From positions 4,740,719 through 4,804,718 of the forward strand of contig CAVPTO010000003.1 of the NCBI GenBank assembly GCA_963708675.1: DNA of 64,000 nt, given 5' to 3'. This document shows positions 17,658 to 27,382 of this stretch, piece after piece. This stretch comes from an uncultured Planctomycetota bacterium (GTDB lineage: Bacteria; Planctomycetota; Planctomycetia; Pirellulales; PNKZ01). The notes beneath the pieces were generated by a model. It was not told where the DNA came from. It searched no databases and saw only the letters and a list, made by a program, of their open reading frames with translations. The position numbers and the translations under genes were made by a program. Every line of letters begins with the position of its first letter. Positions within the stretch are counted from its first letter, which is position 1.

Positions 17658-19014
17658 CAAAGCGGACCACCGTCACATCGTCGCCGATGATGACAATGGC
17701 GCACCCGAACGACAGTTGTCGTTGTTCGACACGACGTCGATCATCGTCGGCATCATCATCGGCTCGGGATTGTATCGCACTAGCCCGTTGATCGCTTCAA
17801 GCGTCGAGTCGACCGCGTGGCTGTTGGGCGTCTGGATCGTCGGCGGCGTGCTCGCGCTCATGGGCGCGCTCTGCTACGCAGAGTTGTCGACGACGTACCC
17901 GGTCGAAGGGGGCGACTTTGTTTTCTTGTCGCGGGCTTACGGGCGACGCCTCGGCTTCGTTTACGCCTGGTGCCAGTTGTGGGTCATTCGGCCCGGCTCG
18001 ATCGGCGCGATCGCGCTCGTGTTCGCCGCATATCTGCAGCAACTCTTTCCTGCCATGCAACTACCGCCCGCGTTCCTCTCCGTCGCGGCCGTCGTGACAA
18101 TGGCGATCGTGAACATGCTTGGCGTGCGTCAGGGTAAGTGGACGCAGAATGTGCTCTCCGCCGCGAAGGTCGTCGGCCTGCTCGCGGTCGTCGTTCTTGG
18201 ACTCACCGCGCCTTCGCCCGAAGCGTCACCACAAGTCGCCTCAAACGACAACCTCCCGCTCGCGTTGATTCTCGTGCTCTTCACGTATAGTGGATGGAAC
18301 GAGATGCCCAACGTCGCGGCCGAGGTGCGCGACCCACGCCGAAACATTCTGCGAGCGCTCGTCCTTGGCGCGTCGGCCGTCACGGCGATCTACGTGCTCA
18401 CCACGCTCGCGTTCGTTCACGCGTTGGGGCTCGAAGGCGTTCGCGTGAGCAGTGCCGTCGCCGCCGATACGGTTTCACGCAGCATGGGCCCGTGGGGCGC
18501 TCGCGCCGTCAGCGTGCTCGTCTGCTTGTCGGCCTTAGGCGCCATGAATGGCATGACGATGACTGGTTCGCGCGTCTACTACGCCTTCGGTCGTCAGCAC
18601 CCGATGTTCGCTTGGCTGGGCCGCTGGAGCCCGCGTTTCGGCACGCCCGTCGCTTCGCTGGCCACCGAAGCCGCAATCACGTCCGTGACGATTCTCGTGC
18701 TCGCCGCCGTCTACGGGGCCGATCGCGACGTCTTCGGCCAACTCGTGACGTTCACCGCGCCGCTGTTCTGGCTGTTTCTCGCGCTGGCGACCACAAGCCT
18801 GTTCCTGTTGCGACGATCGGACCCATCGCGCGAGCGCCCGTTTCGTGTGCCGTTCTACCCGCTGACTCCCGCGTTGTTCGCCCTCGTTTGCGGTTGGATG
18901 ACGTGGTCGGCGCTGCTCTACGCGTGGAGCAACCGCTCGTGGGAAGCGCTTTGGGCGATCATCGCGCGATGCGCAGGAATCGTCATGGCTTTATGCGAAC
19001 GTCGCGGCGAATGA
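17653..19014 (+). CDS. APC-superfamily amino acid permease
   Basis: 453 aa with ~12 hydrophobic segments. N-terminal GIIIGSGLYRTSP motif typical of APC transporters. GTG start. Confidence 0.9.
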   Translation: MNKADHRHIVADDDNGAPERQLSLFDTTSIIVGIIIGSGLYRTSPLIASSVESTAWLLGVWIVGGVLALMGALCYAELSTTYPVEGGDFVFLSRAYGRRLGFVYAWCQLWVIRPGSIGAIALVFAAYLQQLFPAMQLPPAFLSVAAVVTMAIVNMLGVRQGKWTQNVLSAAKVVGLLAVVVLGLTAPSPEASPQVASNDNLPLALILVLFTYSGWNEMPNVAAEVRDPRRNILRALVLGASAVTAIYVLTTLAFVHALGLEGVRVSSAVAADTVSRSMGPWGARAVSVLVCLSALGAMNGMTMTGSRVYYAFGRQHPMFAWLGRWSPRFGTPVASLATEAAITSVTILVLAAVYGADRDVFGQLVTFTAPLFWLFLALATTSLFLLRRSDPSRERPFRVPFYPLTPALFALVCGWMTWSALLYAWSNRSWEALWAIIARCAGIVMALCERRGE

Positions 19015-19017
19015 ACA

Positions 19018-19091
19018 GCGCTCGGCGCGGGTCTCCAGACCCCGCCGCTCAGCGCCGATATCGGCGGGGTCTGGAGACCCGCGCCGAGCGC
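19018..19091. repeat. Nested-palindrome intergenic element between convergent genes (30-nt perfect arms)
   Basis: gcgctcggcgcgggtctccagaccccgccg (19018-19047) and its reverse complement (19062-19091). Each arm holds gggtct/agaccc. Starts 4 nt after the permease stop, so it is a likely bidirectional terminator. Confidence 0.85.
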
Positions 19092-19156
19092 GCGAATTCT
19101 CTGCCGCCCCTCTGCGATCTCTGCGTCCTCCGCGGTCAACTTCTTCCCGCGAATCA

Positions 19157-19684
19157 TCACGGATGCAGGATCTCCGTTCGATAGCGCGGCGCAAGCTCCA
19201 CGGCCTTCGCCATGCGCGCGGCCTTGGCGGCATCGTCGAGCTTCGGCGGCGGCGAAGTGCGGCCCTCGACGGGATCGCCAACGGTTGCAAAGTACTCGTC
19301 GATTCCGGCAGGCGAGCAGAGGCACAACATGCGGGCCGGGTTCTGCGATGCGTTGCGGAACGAGTGCGGTGCATTGGCGGGAACGTTGACCGTCTCGCCA
19401 GCTTTGGCCGTCACCTTCTCGCCGCGGAACGTCAGTTCGATCTCCCCTTCGAGGATGCTGAACGTCTCCTCGAAATCGTGTCGATGCGGCGGCGGCCCAC
19501 CGTCAGGCGGCACATACATATCGATCAAACAGAACCGCCCCGCGGTGTCCTCGCCGCTGAGCAGGATCGTGTACGTGTCTCCCATCATCGAAATGTGTCG
19601 CAGCGACGCATCCGAGTTCGGCCTCGCCACGGCGAGACTACGTTTGGGATCGTCGGAAGGAAGCGCGGCATCGGTATTACTCAT
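19157..19684 (-). CDS. Cupin-domain protein
   Basis: Cupin motifs PPHRHDFEETFSILEG and GETVNVPANAPHSF. Confidence 0.85.
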   Translation of the reverse strand: MSNTDAALPSDDPKRSLAVARPNSDASLRHISMMGDTYTILLSGEDTAGRFCLIDMYVPPDGGPPPHRHDFEETFSILEGEIELTFRGEKVTAKAGETVNVPANAPHSFRNASQNPARMLCLCSPAGIDEYFATVGDPVEGRTSPPPKLDDAAKAARMAKAVELAPRYRTEILHP

Positions 19685-19700
19685 TATGCACCTTTGAAAT

Positions 19701-21041
19701 TTACGGTCCGGAGACAGCTTTCAGCAGGTCGGCAACATCGGGCATGCCGGAGATGTCGAACGCCTTCGCCGAAAGTTGTTCCCACTTGGTAGATGGAAGG
19801 GGGATCATTCGATTCGGACGCGCCGCATCGAGCGCACTGCCGGTAAGCGCATCATGGGGACTCGCGTAGTTCTGCCAACGGACTTCGACCGCGGGGGGCA
19901 TCATGACGTTGTTGACAATCAGGTTGTCGGCCGGTTGGTTGAAGTCCATTTCGGACAATGTCTCGAACGCCGTCACATCGAGGCCATCGTCGACCATGCG
20001 AGTGCGAAACGTTTCATTGCCTACTGCGTTTTGCAACCGAGCGCGAGCGGCGGTGAACACTCCCGACTTCTCGGGCAGGTCGCGCCAGCCCGTGCGACGG
20101 TTGTCGATGTGAGCCAGGATGGGGCAGCGGACCGCGATGTTTTCGCTGACGACATGATCGCGCCCGCCGCCGATGAAGACCGCGGCCTCACGACAATCGA
20201 TGAGATAGTTCTGCTCGACACGGGCGGCGCAGATGCCGTCGTCGAGGTAGATGCCTCTTGGCGCTCCGACGACGATGTTGTGACGCACGACATTGCCGAT
20301 CGCGGTGTAGATCGCCTCGCCGCCCCACAGATAAATGCCACCGGAGTCACCCCCGCCGACGTTCTGGATGAAATTCCCCTCGATGCGATTTTCTGCCCCC
20401 ATCACGCGCAGGCCCATGGTTTCGGTTGGAGAGTCGCGAACCACGTTGCGCGCGATGATCGTTTGATTGTCGCGGACCGAAATCCCGTCGTGCGTCCATT
20501 TGGCTTTGACCGTGTTGAAGCGTTCGATGATGCAATGCTCGATACGGTTCTCTGCCGGACCGTCTTGATCGATGCCGCACGGTCCCCAGACGACGATCCC
20601 GCCGCCGCGGGCATCGAGAATGTGCACATGCGACAGTTGATAACGAACCCCTTGCGAGATTTGCACGCTCCATGCCGGCCCGTTCCGCAGCGTGAGGCCC
20701 CGCACCTCGAAGCAGCCCGCTTCCAGGCAAAGTGCCGCGTCCTTCGGGGACAGATCGCCGAGATCAAGCTCCGCTTCGGGGCCGTCCCCTTCGATGACAA
20801 GCCGCTGTGCCGGCGGCACGGAGAGATGCACCGCGTCTCGTAACTTGTGCGGACCTTTCACGACAAGTCGGCAATCGCCCCCCGCAGCGACTTTGGCCAG
20901 CGCCTGCGGAAGTTCTTCGAAGCGGCTCAACGTCGCCTCTTGTCCGTCCGCGTGGTGCAATTTCAAGACGGAGTCAGCAGCAGCCAGCACCGCGACGGAC
21001 GGGGCTAGCAAAACGACGGTAAAGATCAGGAGATGTTTCAT
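19701..21041 (-). CDS. Secreted right-handed parallel beta-helix repeat protein
   Basis: Start re-set to MKHLLIFTVVLLAPSVAVLAA (ATG 21041). Repeated beta-helix turns IARNVVRD, IEGNFIQN, GNVVRHNIVVG, VEQNYLID, VSENIAVR. Confidence 0.8.
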   Translation of the reverse strand: MKHLLIFTVVLLAPSVAVLAAADSVLKLHHADGQEATLSRFEELPQALAKVAAGGDCRLVVKGPHKLRDAVHLSVPPAQRLVIEGDGPEAELDLGDLSPKDAALCLEAGCFEVRGLTLRNGPAWSVQISQGVRYQLSHVHILDARGGGIVVWGPCGIDQDGPAENRIEHCIIERFNTVKAKWTHDGISVRDNQTIIARNVVRDSPTETMGLRVMGAENRIEGNFIQNVGGGDSGGIYLWGGEAIYTAIGNVVRHNIVVGAPRGIYLDDGICAARVEQNYLIDCREAAVFIGGGRDHVVSENIAVRCPILAHIDNRRTGWRDLPEKSGVFTAARARLQNAVGNETFRTRMVDDGLDVTAFETLSEMDFNQPADNLIVNNVMMPPAVEVRWQNYASPHDALTGSALDAARPNRMIPLPSTKWEQLSAKAFDISGMPDVADLLKAVSGP

Positions 21042-21393
21042 CGGCGCCTTTGGGAACGATGACGGTTTTGCTGATTGGCCTGCATCCATTGTTGCCGTTC
21101 GAACAAGGGTTTGGAAAGATGGCGAGGCTTCATACGACGCACTTTCGAAACGTGTTGATTCCGATGATCCAGAGCGTTCGATCTTTCGATCGGTTCGCAG
21201 CGCCTGCGCGAAAGCGCGGCAGTCGACTTGCCATGCGAAGCGGCGACTTATTGCACAAAACCCCGCCTTCTATGGCGAGCAAAAAGTCGACCCGTCGCTG
21301 TGTGCAAAAAGTCCGACTGCCTGCGGTGAAGGCAGGTGTGCCGTTTAGCCGGTCCGCCGTGGCGGACTCGCCGCGTGGCGGCGTCGAACGGGG

Positions 21394-21416
21394 ACGCGCG
21401 AAACCGCAAGCGGTGA
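21394..21416. repeat. Solo half-copy of the inner arm of the 13094-13239 element
   Basis: acgcgcgaaaccgcaagcggtga is identical to 13173-13195. Lies in the 335-bp dinG / beta-helix spacer, next to a GTTTAGCCGG copy at 21343-21352. Confidence 0.85.
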
Positions 21417-21424
21417 CGTCGCGC

Positions 21425-23419
21425 TCACACGCCGCGCTCGGCGGTTTCGATGCTCTCGCTCACCTGGCGACAGTCGGGAAGCGAGTCGAGAAAGACGCGG
21501 CCGTAAGGTTTCGTCACCATGCGCGGGTCGAGAATCACGACGGTGCCGCGATCGCGGCGCGTGCGGATGAGACGGCCGAAGCCTTGTTTCAACTTCAGCA
21601 CTGCTTCGGGAAGTTGATAGTCGCGGAACGGGTTGCCGCCGGCGCGGCGCAAGTTGTCGAGCCGCGCTTCGAGCAACGGTCGGTCGGGGACGCTGAACGG
21701 CAGCTTGGTGATGATCACCATTTGCAAAGCATCGCCGGGCACGTCGACGCCTTGCCAAAAACTATCGGTGCCGAAGAGGACTGCACGCGGATCGGACTTG
21801 AAACGTTCGATCATTTGCGAGCGCGGCAAGGCGTCGGCCTGGCTGTAGAGCGTGAACTTGCGCTGCAAGAGCCACGGGCCAAGCACGTCGGCCGCGCCGC
21901 GAAGTTGTTCGTAGCTGGTGAACAGCACGAACGCATGACCGTCGCTGCGCTCGACGTAGCGGCGAATCATCTCGGGCACCATCCGCTCGAACGCGAGACG
22001 TTCGCTGCCAGGGTCCGGCATATCGGGCACGAGGACCAACTCGGCCTGCTCGCGATAGTCGAACGGGCTGCCCAGCGCCAACTTCTCAGCCTGTTTCAGA
22101 CCGACACGCGACGTGAAGAAATCGAACGACTGCTCGGCGCCGACCGACAGGGTGGCGCTGGTCATGATGACGCTCGGCACTTTCTCGAACAGTTCCTGAC
22201 GCAGAATCGGCCCCACGTCGATCGGCGCGGCGAGCAATCGCGTGCGCGGTCGGCGACCGCCAGAGGTTTCGATCCAGTAGACAGTGTCGGCCTCGGATTG
22301 TTTGCACCAGGAGTCGAGCTCGTCGGCCAGGCCGACCAGTCGATCGTGAGCGGCGAGAAAGTCCTGGCGCTCTTCGGCATCTTTGAGGGCCGAGGCTTCG
22401 CCCTTCACCGAGCGGGCCAACTTCATGAGCACCGGCGACAGCGAGTTCGGGATCTCGATGGGAGATGTGAGGCGTCCGTTGCCGCGACGCGACGACTGCG
22501 AGACGTAATCATCGAAGAAGTCACCCGCCTTGAGCCGACATTCGAGCACCTGGTTCTCGGTGTCGCGCAGCTTGTGATGGACGAGCAGACCTTTGTTCGT
22601 GCGGTCGTTGTAGAGCTTGTTCAGAACGTGATCGACCGTGCCTGAAGAGATGCCGAGGCCGAGATGATCGCCAGCGACCGACTCGATGGTGTGCGCCTCG
22701 TCGAGGATCACGATGTCGTAGTCGGGCAGAATGCTCGCCCCGCGACGCCGCAGCCCCAGGTCGCTGAAGAAGAGCGCGTGATTGACGATCAGGATTTGCG
22801 CGTTTTGGGCGCGCCGTCGAGCGCGGTAGTAGAAGCAGTCGTTGTGACTGGGGCATTGGCGGCCGAGGCAGTTGCCGTGGTCGCTGGCGACTTCGTCCCA
22901 CACCTGCGGCAACGGTCGATGGTCCATATCGGACAGCGAGCCGTCGCCGGTTTCGCCGCTCCAGACGCCCAACTGCCGCAGCTCGGCGAACTCGGCCGAC
23001 TCGCGAAACAGGCTGTCGGCCCGCTTCATCGCGTTTCGCATGCGGCGGAGGCTCAGGTAGTTGTGCCGCCCTTTGACCAGGACGGCCGAGAACTCGAGCG
23101 GGATGACCGCATTGAGCAGTGGCAGGTCCTTTTCGACAAGCTGCTCCTGCAGGCTGATCGTCTGTGTGGAGACGATGACGCGACGGGGTTTGGCGTCGGG
23201 TGCGGATTCTTCGGCCTGGGCGACGGCAAGAATTGCCGGGACGAGGTAGGCGAAGCTTTTGCCGACGCCGGTGCCGGCTTCGACGACGAGGCGGCGCTTG
23301 TGAACAATGGCCGCCTCGACGGCCTCGGCCATCGCCAGTTGCTCGCGACGATGCTCGTAGTGCGGCAGTCGGGCGGCGATGCGACCTTGGGGGCCCAGAA
23401 TCTCGGCCGTCGTGAGCAT
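21425..23419 (-). CDS. dinG: ATP-dependent DNA helicase, DinG/XPD (Rad3) family
   Basis: Walker A motif EAGTGVGKSFAYL. DEAH box VILDEAHTIE. Cys cluster GNCLGRQCPSHNDC consistent with an XPD-type Fe-S domain. C-terminal helicase motifs FWQGVD and VIITKLPF. Confidence 0.9.
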   Translation of the reverse strand: MLTTAEILGPQGRIAARLPHYEHRREQLAMAEAVEAAIVHKRRLVVEAGTGVGKSFAYLVPAILAVAQAEESAPDAKPRRVIVSTQTISLQEQLVEKDLPLLNAVIPLEFSAVLVKGRHNYLSLRRMRNAMKRADSLFRESAEFAELRQLGVWSGETGDGSLSDMDHRPLPQVWDEVASDHGNCLGRQCPSHNDCFYYRARRRAQNAQILIVNHALFFSDLGLRRRGASILPDYDIVILDEAHTIESVAGDHLGLGISSGTVDHVLNKLYNDRTNKGLLVHHKLRDTENQVLECRLKAGDFFDDYVSQSSRRGNGRLTSPIEIPNSLSPVLMKLARSVKGEASALKDAEERQDFLAAHDRLVGLADELDSWCKQSEADTVYWIETSGGRRPRTRLLAAPIDVGPILRQELFEKVPSVIMTSATLSVGAEQSFDFFTSRVGLKQAEKLALGSPFDYREQAELVLVPDMPDPGSERLAFERMVPEMIRRYVERSDGHAFVLFTSYEQLRGAADVLGPWLLQRKFTLYSQADALPRSQMIERFKSDPRAVLFGTDSFWQGVDVPGDALQMVIITKLPFSVPDRPLLEARLDNLRRAGGNPFRDYQLPEAVLKLKQGFGRLIRTRRDRGTVVILDPRMVTKPYGRVFLDSLPDCRQVSESIETAERGV

Positions 23420-23468
23420 TCGTACAAACTACCGCTGATGCCGCGATTTGTCGCCCGCGCGTCTTCGC

Positions 23469-23509
23469 AAAAACATCGTCACAAAAACATCGTCACAAAA
23501 ATGTGAAAC
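23469..23509. repeat. Tandem 14-bp repeat (2.9 copies) in the dinG / glnB divergent region
   Basis: aaaaacatcgtcac occurs twice, followed by the degenerate aaaaatgtgaaac. Begins 50 nt upstream of the dinG ATG. The last two units form TCACA-N4-TGTGA. Confidence 0.8.
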
Positions 23510-23743
23510 CGTCGCCTTCGCGTGACACGCAAGCATGAACCGTTACGCAGCACGGAGATACGCACTCGAAACAACGCGAAAAGCGTTAAGCGGTTGTTCC
23601 GTCGACGCGAAATTCACATCGCGCGAAATGCATAGCGAAAAGAAATTCCGAGATTTTCTAAACCGCATGACCACAGCATGTTATGTCGTGAGTTTGCGGT
23701 TATTCTGGACGCACTTTGCATCGTGGTACACCCATTGCTTTAA

Positions 23744-24163
<420 letters not shown>

Positions 24164-24231
24164 CTAAGGCGGAAGTCAGGCGGCATCGCACGCCGTCTTA
24201 CATACGCGGCATCGCACGCTGCGTTGTCTAA

Positions 24232-24275
24232 CGAGCACGGTCGGTCCTTCGGGGCCGGCCGTGCTCGTTTTCGTT
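24232..24275 (+). terminator. Rho-independent terminator of glnB
   Basis: cgagcacggtcggtcc-ttcg-gggccggccgtgctcg is a 16-bp stem with two G-U pairs, followed by ttttcgttt. Confidence 0.65.
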
Positions 24276-24530
24276 TGCGGCTTAAGCGGCCTAATGAGGC
24301 GGCAACGTTTGCCCCATTGGTGGGCATTTGGGTGAGCGGTTCGAGGCGTGCTACGCAGCATCACATATTACGCTTTTGCCAAAAGGGTAACTGTAGGTTC
24401 GACTTACGTCACAACGACGTGAAGCGTTTCGCGTTCGATCGAAGTCCTGGCACACAAAGTGTTATGGGGGCAGAGTCCACGACTGGCAGGGCGGCCTTTC
24501 TCCCCCATATACATACCCGCGATCAAACGC

Positions 24531-25442
24531 ATGCACAGAACGATTCTGGCTCTCGTGGCGATGCAGGTCATCGCTATGGCAATGACTGCCACCACCTTCG
24601 CGGAAGAACCGGCCGAAGGTCTACGATCATGGAGCGACGGCGCTTGGCGCCTTGTTGAAACGTCGAATTTCCGCGTAGCGGCGATCGCGACGGAAGACGA
24701 AGTCCGCAATCTTGCTCGCTCTTGCGAGTCGCTCAAGGATTACCTTTGCCAGAAGTGGCTGGGAACACCTTCGATAAGCGCTCCCATCGAATGGACGCCG
24801 AAATGCTACGTCGTCGTTCATCCCACGGCCGACAGTTATCTGCGCGAGGTCGGTCCCGGGCAGCTAACGGCGGGCAGTTCGTTCATTGAAATTGACGGCA
24901 AGGCGCTGCTTTCGCGGCGCATTGATTTGAGAGCCGACCACCCGCTGGGCTACCGTGACGCGTTGGCTCACGAGATGACTCATGTCGTCGTGGCCGAGCG
25001 ATTCGTGCAGCGTCAGATTCCGCGTTGGGCGGACGAAGGCATGGCGACGCTTGCCGACTCGGTTTCGAAGCAGTCGGCGCACCTCACTGACTTCCAACAC
25101 GCACATCGTCGTGGCCACTCGTTCCGGCTTGCGAACTTGTTCGCTCTTGAGAACTACCCGCAGCCAGAACATCAAGCTACGTTCTACGGTCAAAGCGTTT
25201 CGCTGGCGAAGTTCTTGGTCGAGCGTGGCTCGGCTGATCAGCTCATGCGATTCGTCGAGATGTCGCAGCACCGCGGCTACGATGCAGCAGCGCGCGAGAT
25301 TTACAACTTTGATGGAGTGCTTGCGATGGAACGCGCGTGGATGTCGCAGCTTTCATCGCGACAAGCGATGGTGGCTTATCAGGACGATCACCCAGTGCGA
25401 TCTTTGCCTGTAATCGGTCGCCAAGTTGCGATGTCGCGTTAG
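24531..25442 (+). CDS. Secreted zinc-metallopeptidase-like protein (peptidase MA / HExxH)
   Basis: Start re-set to MHRTILALVAMQVIAMAMTATTFAEEP (ATG 24531). HExxH motif LAHEMTHVVV with a downstream WADEGMA glutamate. Confidence 0.7.
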   Translation: MHRTILALVAMQVIAMAMTATTFAEEPAEGLRSWSDGAWRLVETSNFRVAAIATEDEVRNLARSCESLKDYLCQKWLGTPSISAPIEWTPKCYVVVHPTADSYLREVGPGQLTAGSSFIEIDGKALLSRRIDLRADHPLGYRDALAHEMTHVVVAERFVQRQIPRWADEGMATLADSVSKQSAHLTDFQHAHRRGHSFRLANLFALENYPQPEHQATFYGQSVSLAKFLVERGSADQLMRFVEMSQHRGYDAAAREIYNFDGVLAMERAWMSQLSSRQAMVAYQDDHPVRSLPVIGRQVAMSR

Positions 25443-25467
25443 TCTCTTCGAATCAGGTAACAGCGCA

Positions 25468-25506
25468 TAAAAAAAGGTTCTGACCTTCTGGGGTCAGAAC
25501 CTTTTG
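25468..25506. terminator. Bidirectional rho-independent terminator
   Basis: An A-tract, then ggttctgacc-ttctgg-ggtcagaacc, then tttt, lying between convergent genes ending at 25442 and 25545. Confidence 0.8.
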
Positions 25507-25544
25507 TCGTTCCTCGTCTCGGTTCAGACGAACCGTCGCGGGCG

Positions 25545-25991
25545 TTACCAACCTGATCCGCCGCGAGAGAACACCTTGTTGTCGGCACGGCTGTAGTAGT
25601 GATCGCCGTTCTTGCCCAGACCGGTCCACGTCGGTTCGTTGTTGACGTTGTTGAACTGTCCGTACGGGTTGTACGAATAGCTGCGATACGCCCGACTCGG
25701 AGCCGTCTGCGCCACGGGCTGTGGCTGCGTTTGTTGAACCCGCGGCTGTGCCATGGCCGGAGCTTGCGTCTGCACCGGTGCAGCAGGAGCTTGCACCGCT
25801 GTGGCCGGCGCGGCTTGCGTCGTCGGCTGATTCGTCATGCGCGGTGCATACGAATTGCTGCGATACGAACGTCGCATCGCTTGCTGATTCGTCGCTTTGC
25901 TGCTTGCACTCTGATTATAGGGATCAGCGCTGGCAACCGAGGCGACGCCCAACAACAACGCGACTGCCAAAGAGAAACGTGCGTGCTTCAT
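25545..25991 (-). CDS. Secreted Gln/Ala/Pro-rich protein
   Basis: Start re-set to MKHARFSLAVALLLGVASVASA (ATG 25991), preceded by GGAGGAAAG. Low-complexity QAPAAPVQTQAPAMAQPRVQQTQPQP core. Confidence 0.65.
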   Translation of the reverse strand: MKHARFSLAVALLLGVASVASADPYNQSASSKATNQQAMRRSYRSNSYAPRMTNQPTTQAAPATAVQAPAAPVQTQAPAMAQPRVQQTQPQPVAQTAPSRAYRSYSYNPYGQFNNVNNEPTWTGLGKNGDHYYSRADNKVFSRGGSGW

Positions 25992-26359
25992 CGTACTTTC
26001 CTCCGTCCGCGTAGGGACAAAAGAGATGCTTCGATGCACCGAGCATCGAAAAGAATGGGATGCGTGTTACTTATTCTAGAACCCGCCTCACTTATTGGCC
26101 AAATGCGATTTCAATGACAAACACGTCAGGTAAGCGAATTAAACCACGGGACTTGGGGTGTTTGAATCCGGAAATCGGACCGGAATAAGCCGAAGGACGC
26201 AAAGCCGCCGAGACTCTACTCAAATGTAGGTCGATTCCGCCCGGTTAGCGGACCGCCCGCGCAAAGAAGGCCAAACTGACCGCTTGGCAACGCGTCGAAA
26301 AATCGTTAGCGTACAAGGCCTTACAAAAGACAGATGATCCGCGAGAAGAGGCTAGTCCT

Positions 26360-26485
26360 ATGGTTCGCCCCCGTACCGCTTTGGTCAAAACGCGCCGCAT
26401 GCTCCGTTGCCCGAAATGCGGGTCGAAGATCAACCGCCAGCGCAAACGCTGCAAGGTCTGCGCTCGCGTTCAGCCCAAGAACTAA
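26360..26485 (+). CDS. Unlisted 41-aa basic zinc-ribbon mini-protein
   Basis: MVRPRTALVKTRRMLRCPKCGSKINRQRKRCKVCARVQPKN. Shows CxxC-x10-CxxC, 15 of 41 residues are Arg/Lys, third codon positions are strongly G/C, and a purine-rich stretch sits upstream of the ATG. Below the 60-aa track cutoff. Confidence 0.45.
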   Translation: MVRPRTALVKTRRMLRCPKCGSKINRQRKRCKVCARVQPKN

Positions 26486-26511
26486 ATGTTGCTGGACACT
26501 TCGCGGATGAA

Positions 26512-27243
26512 CTAAAAGTAATCCTGCGAGGTCGGCTTGATGACCATTTCGGCCACGTGTGCGCGAGGCGGAAGCGTTGCAATCATGACGACGGCAGCGG
26601 CGACATCTTCAGGCTGCAGAATTCTCGCACGATGTTCGTCACTCACAGGCGTCGGTCGCGCATCGAGAATCGGCGTATTCACTTCGCCGGGATAGATATT
26701 CGTCACACGAATGTTGTGCTGCGCTTCTTCGCGTGCCACGGTGGTCCCGAGCGCCGTCGCCGCGAACTTCGACGCTGAATATCCGACTCCGCCGAGCAGC
26801 GACGATCGTTTGCCGGCGACCGATGAGATGTTCACGATCAATCCGTCGCGACGCTTGCGCATCTCGGGCAACACCGCGCGCATGGCATAGTACGCGCCGA
26901 ACGCGTTGATGCGCATCATCATCTCCCAGTCCTCGGGCGACAACTCAGCCATCGTGCGTTTCACGACGTTCACGCCTGCGCTGTTGACAAGTATGTCGAC
27001 GTGGCCGAGTTCTTTGTCGGCCCAAGCGATGAGTTCCTCGACGCTCTTCAAATCTCCAACGTCGCAGATGCGAGAGATCAGTCCTGGTTTGCCGTGATAC
27101 GAGGCGACCGCTTCGCGCAGCCGCTTCTCACCACGGCCGGCGATTGCGACCTTCGCGCCTTCGGCGGCGAGCGCCTTCGCGATGCCCAAGCCAATGCCGC
27201 TTCCTCCGCCTGTGATTACTGCTGTCTTTCCTGCGAGTTTCAT
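26512..27243 (-). CDS. SDR-family oxidoreductase
   Basis: Start re-set to MKLAGKTAVITGGGSGIGLG (ATG 27243). TGxxxGxG and YSASK (YxxxK) motifs. Confidence 0.9.
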   Translation of the reverse strand: MKLAGKTAVITGGGSGIGLGIAKALAAEGAKVAIAGRGEKRLREAVASYHGKPGLISRICDVGDLKSVEELIAWADKELGHVDILVNSAGVNVVKRTMAELSPEDWEMMMRINAFGAYYAMRAVLPEMRKRRDGLIVNISSVAGKRSSLLGGVGYSASKFAATALGTTVAREEAQHNIRVTNIYPGEVNTPILDARPTPVSDEHRARILQPEDVAAAVVMIATLPPRAHVAEMVIKPTSQDYF

Positions 27244-27382
27244 GATGGAATCCGAAAAAGGTGATACTTCGCGTCGCGTCATCTTAGCTACCGAGAGACG
27301 TTCGCTCCATGAGTCGTTTCGGCGTGAGGCGCCTCTGCACGAGGCATAGAGCAATCGGCACTTTCCTGCGATAATGGCGTGA

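Noticed and set aside
21050-22645. 531-aa plus-strand ORF
   Set aside because: It is antisense to dinG, whose Walker A, DEAH and Fe-S motifs establish the minus strand as coding. The composition is shadow-like.
23493-23506. CRP/NtcA-like palindrome TCACA-N4-TGTGA
   Set aside because: The half-sites are in the opposite order and spacing to the TGTGA-N6-TCACA consensus. It arises from the junction of the tandem 14-mers.
23706-23720. Sigma-54-type promoter (cTGGAC-GCACT-TTGCA) upstream of glnB
   Set aside because: GG and GC are separated by 9 nt rather than the canonical 10, and the -24 box is TGGAC rather than TGGCAC. The spacing requirement is strict, so I do not call it a promoter.
26215-26250. 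tRNA-like T-arm (ggtcgattccgcc)
   Set aside because: The flanking bases cannot form the T-stem, and no acceptor, D or anticodon arms can be drawn. I found no tRNA anywhere in the window.
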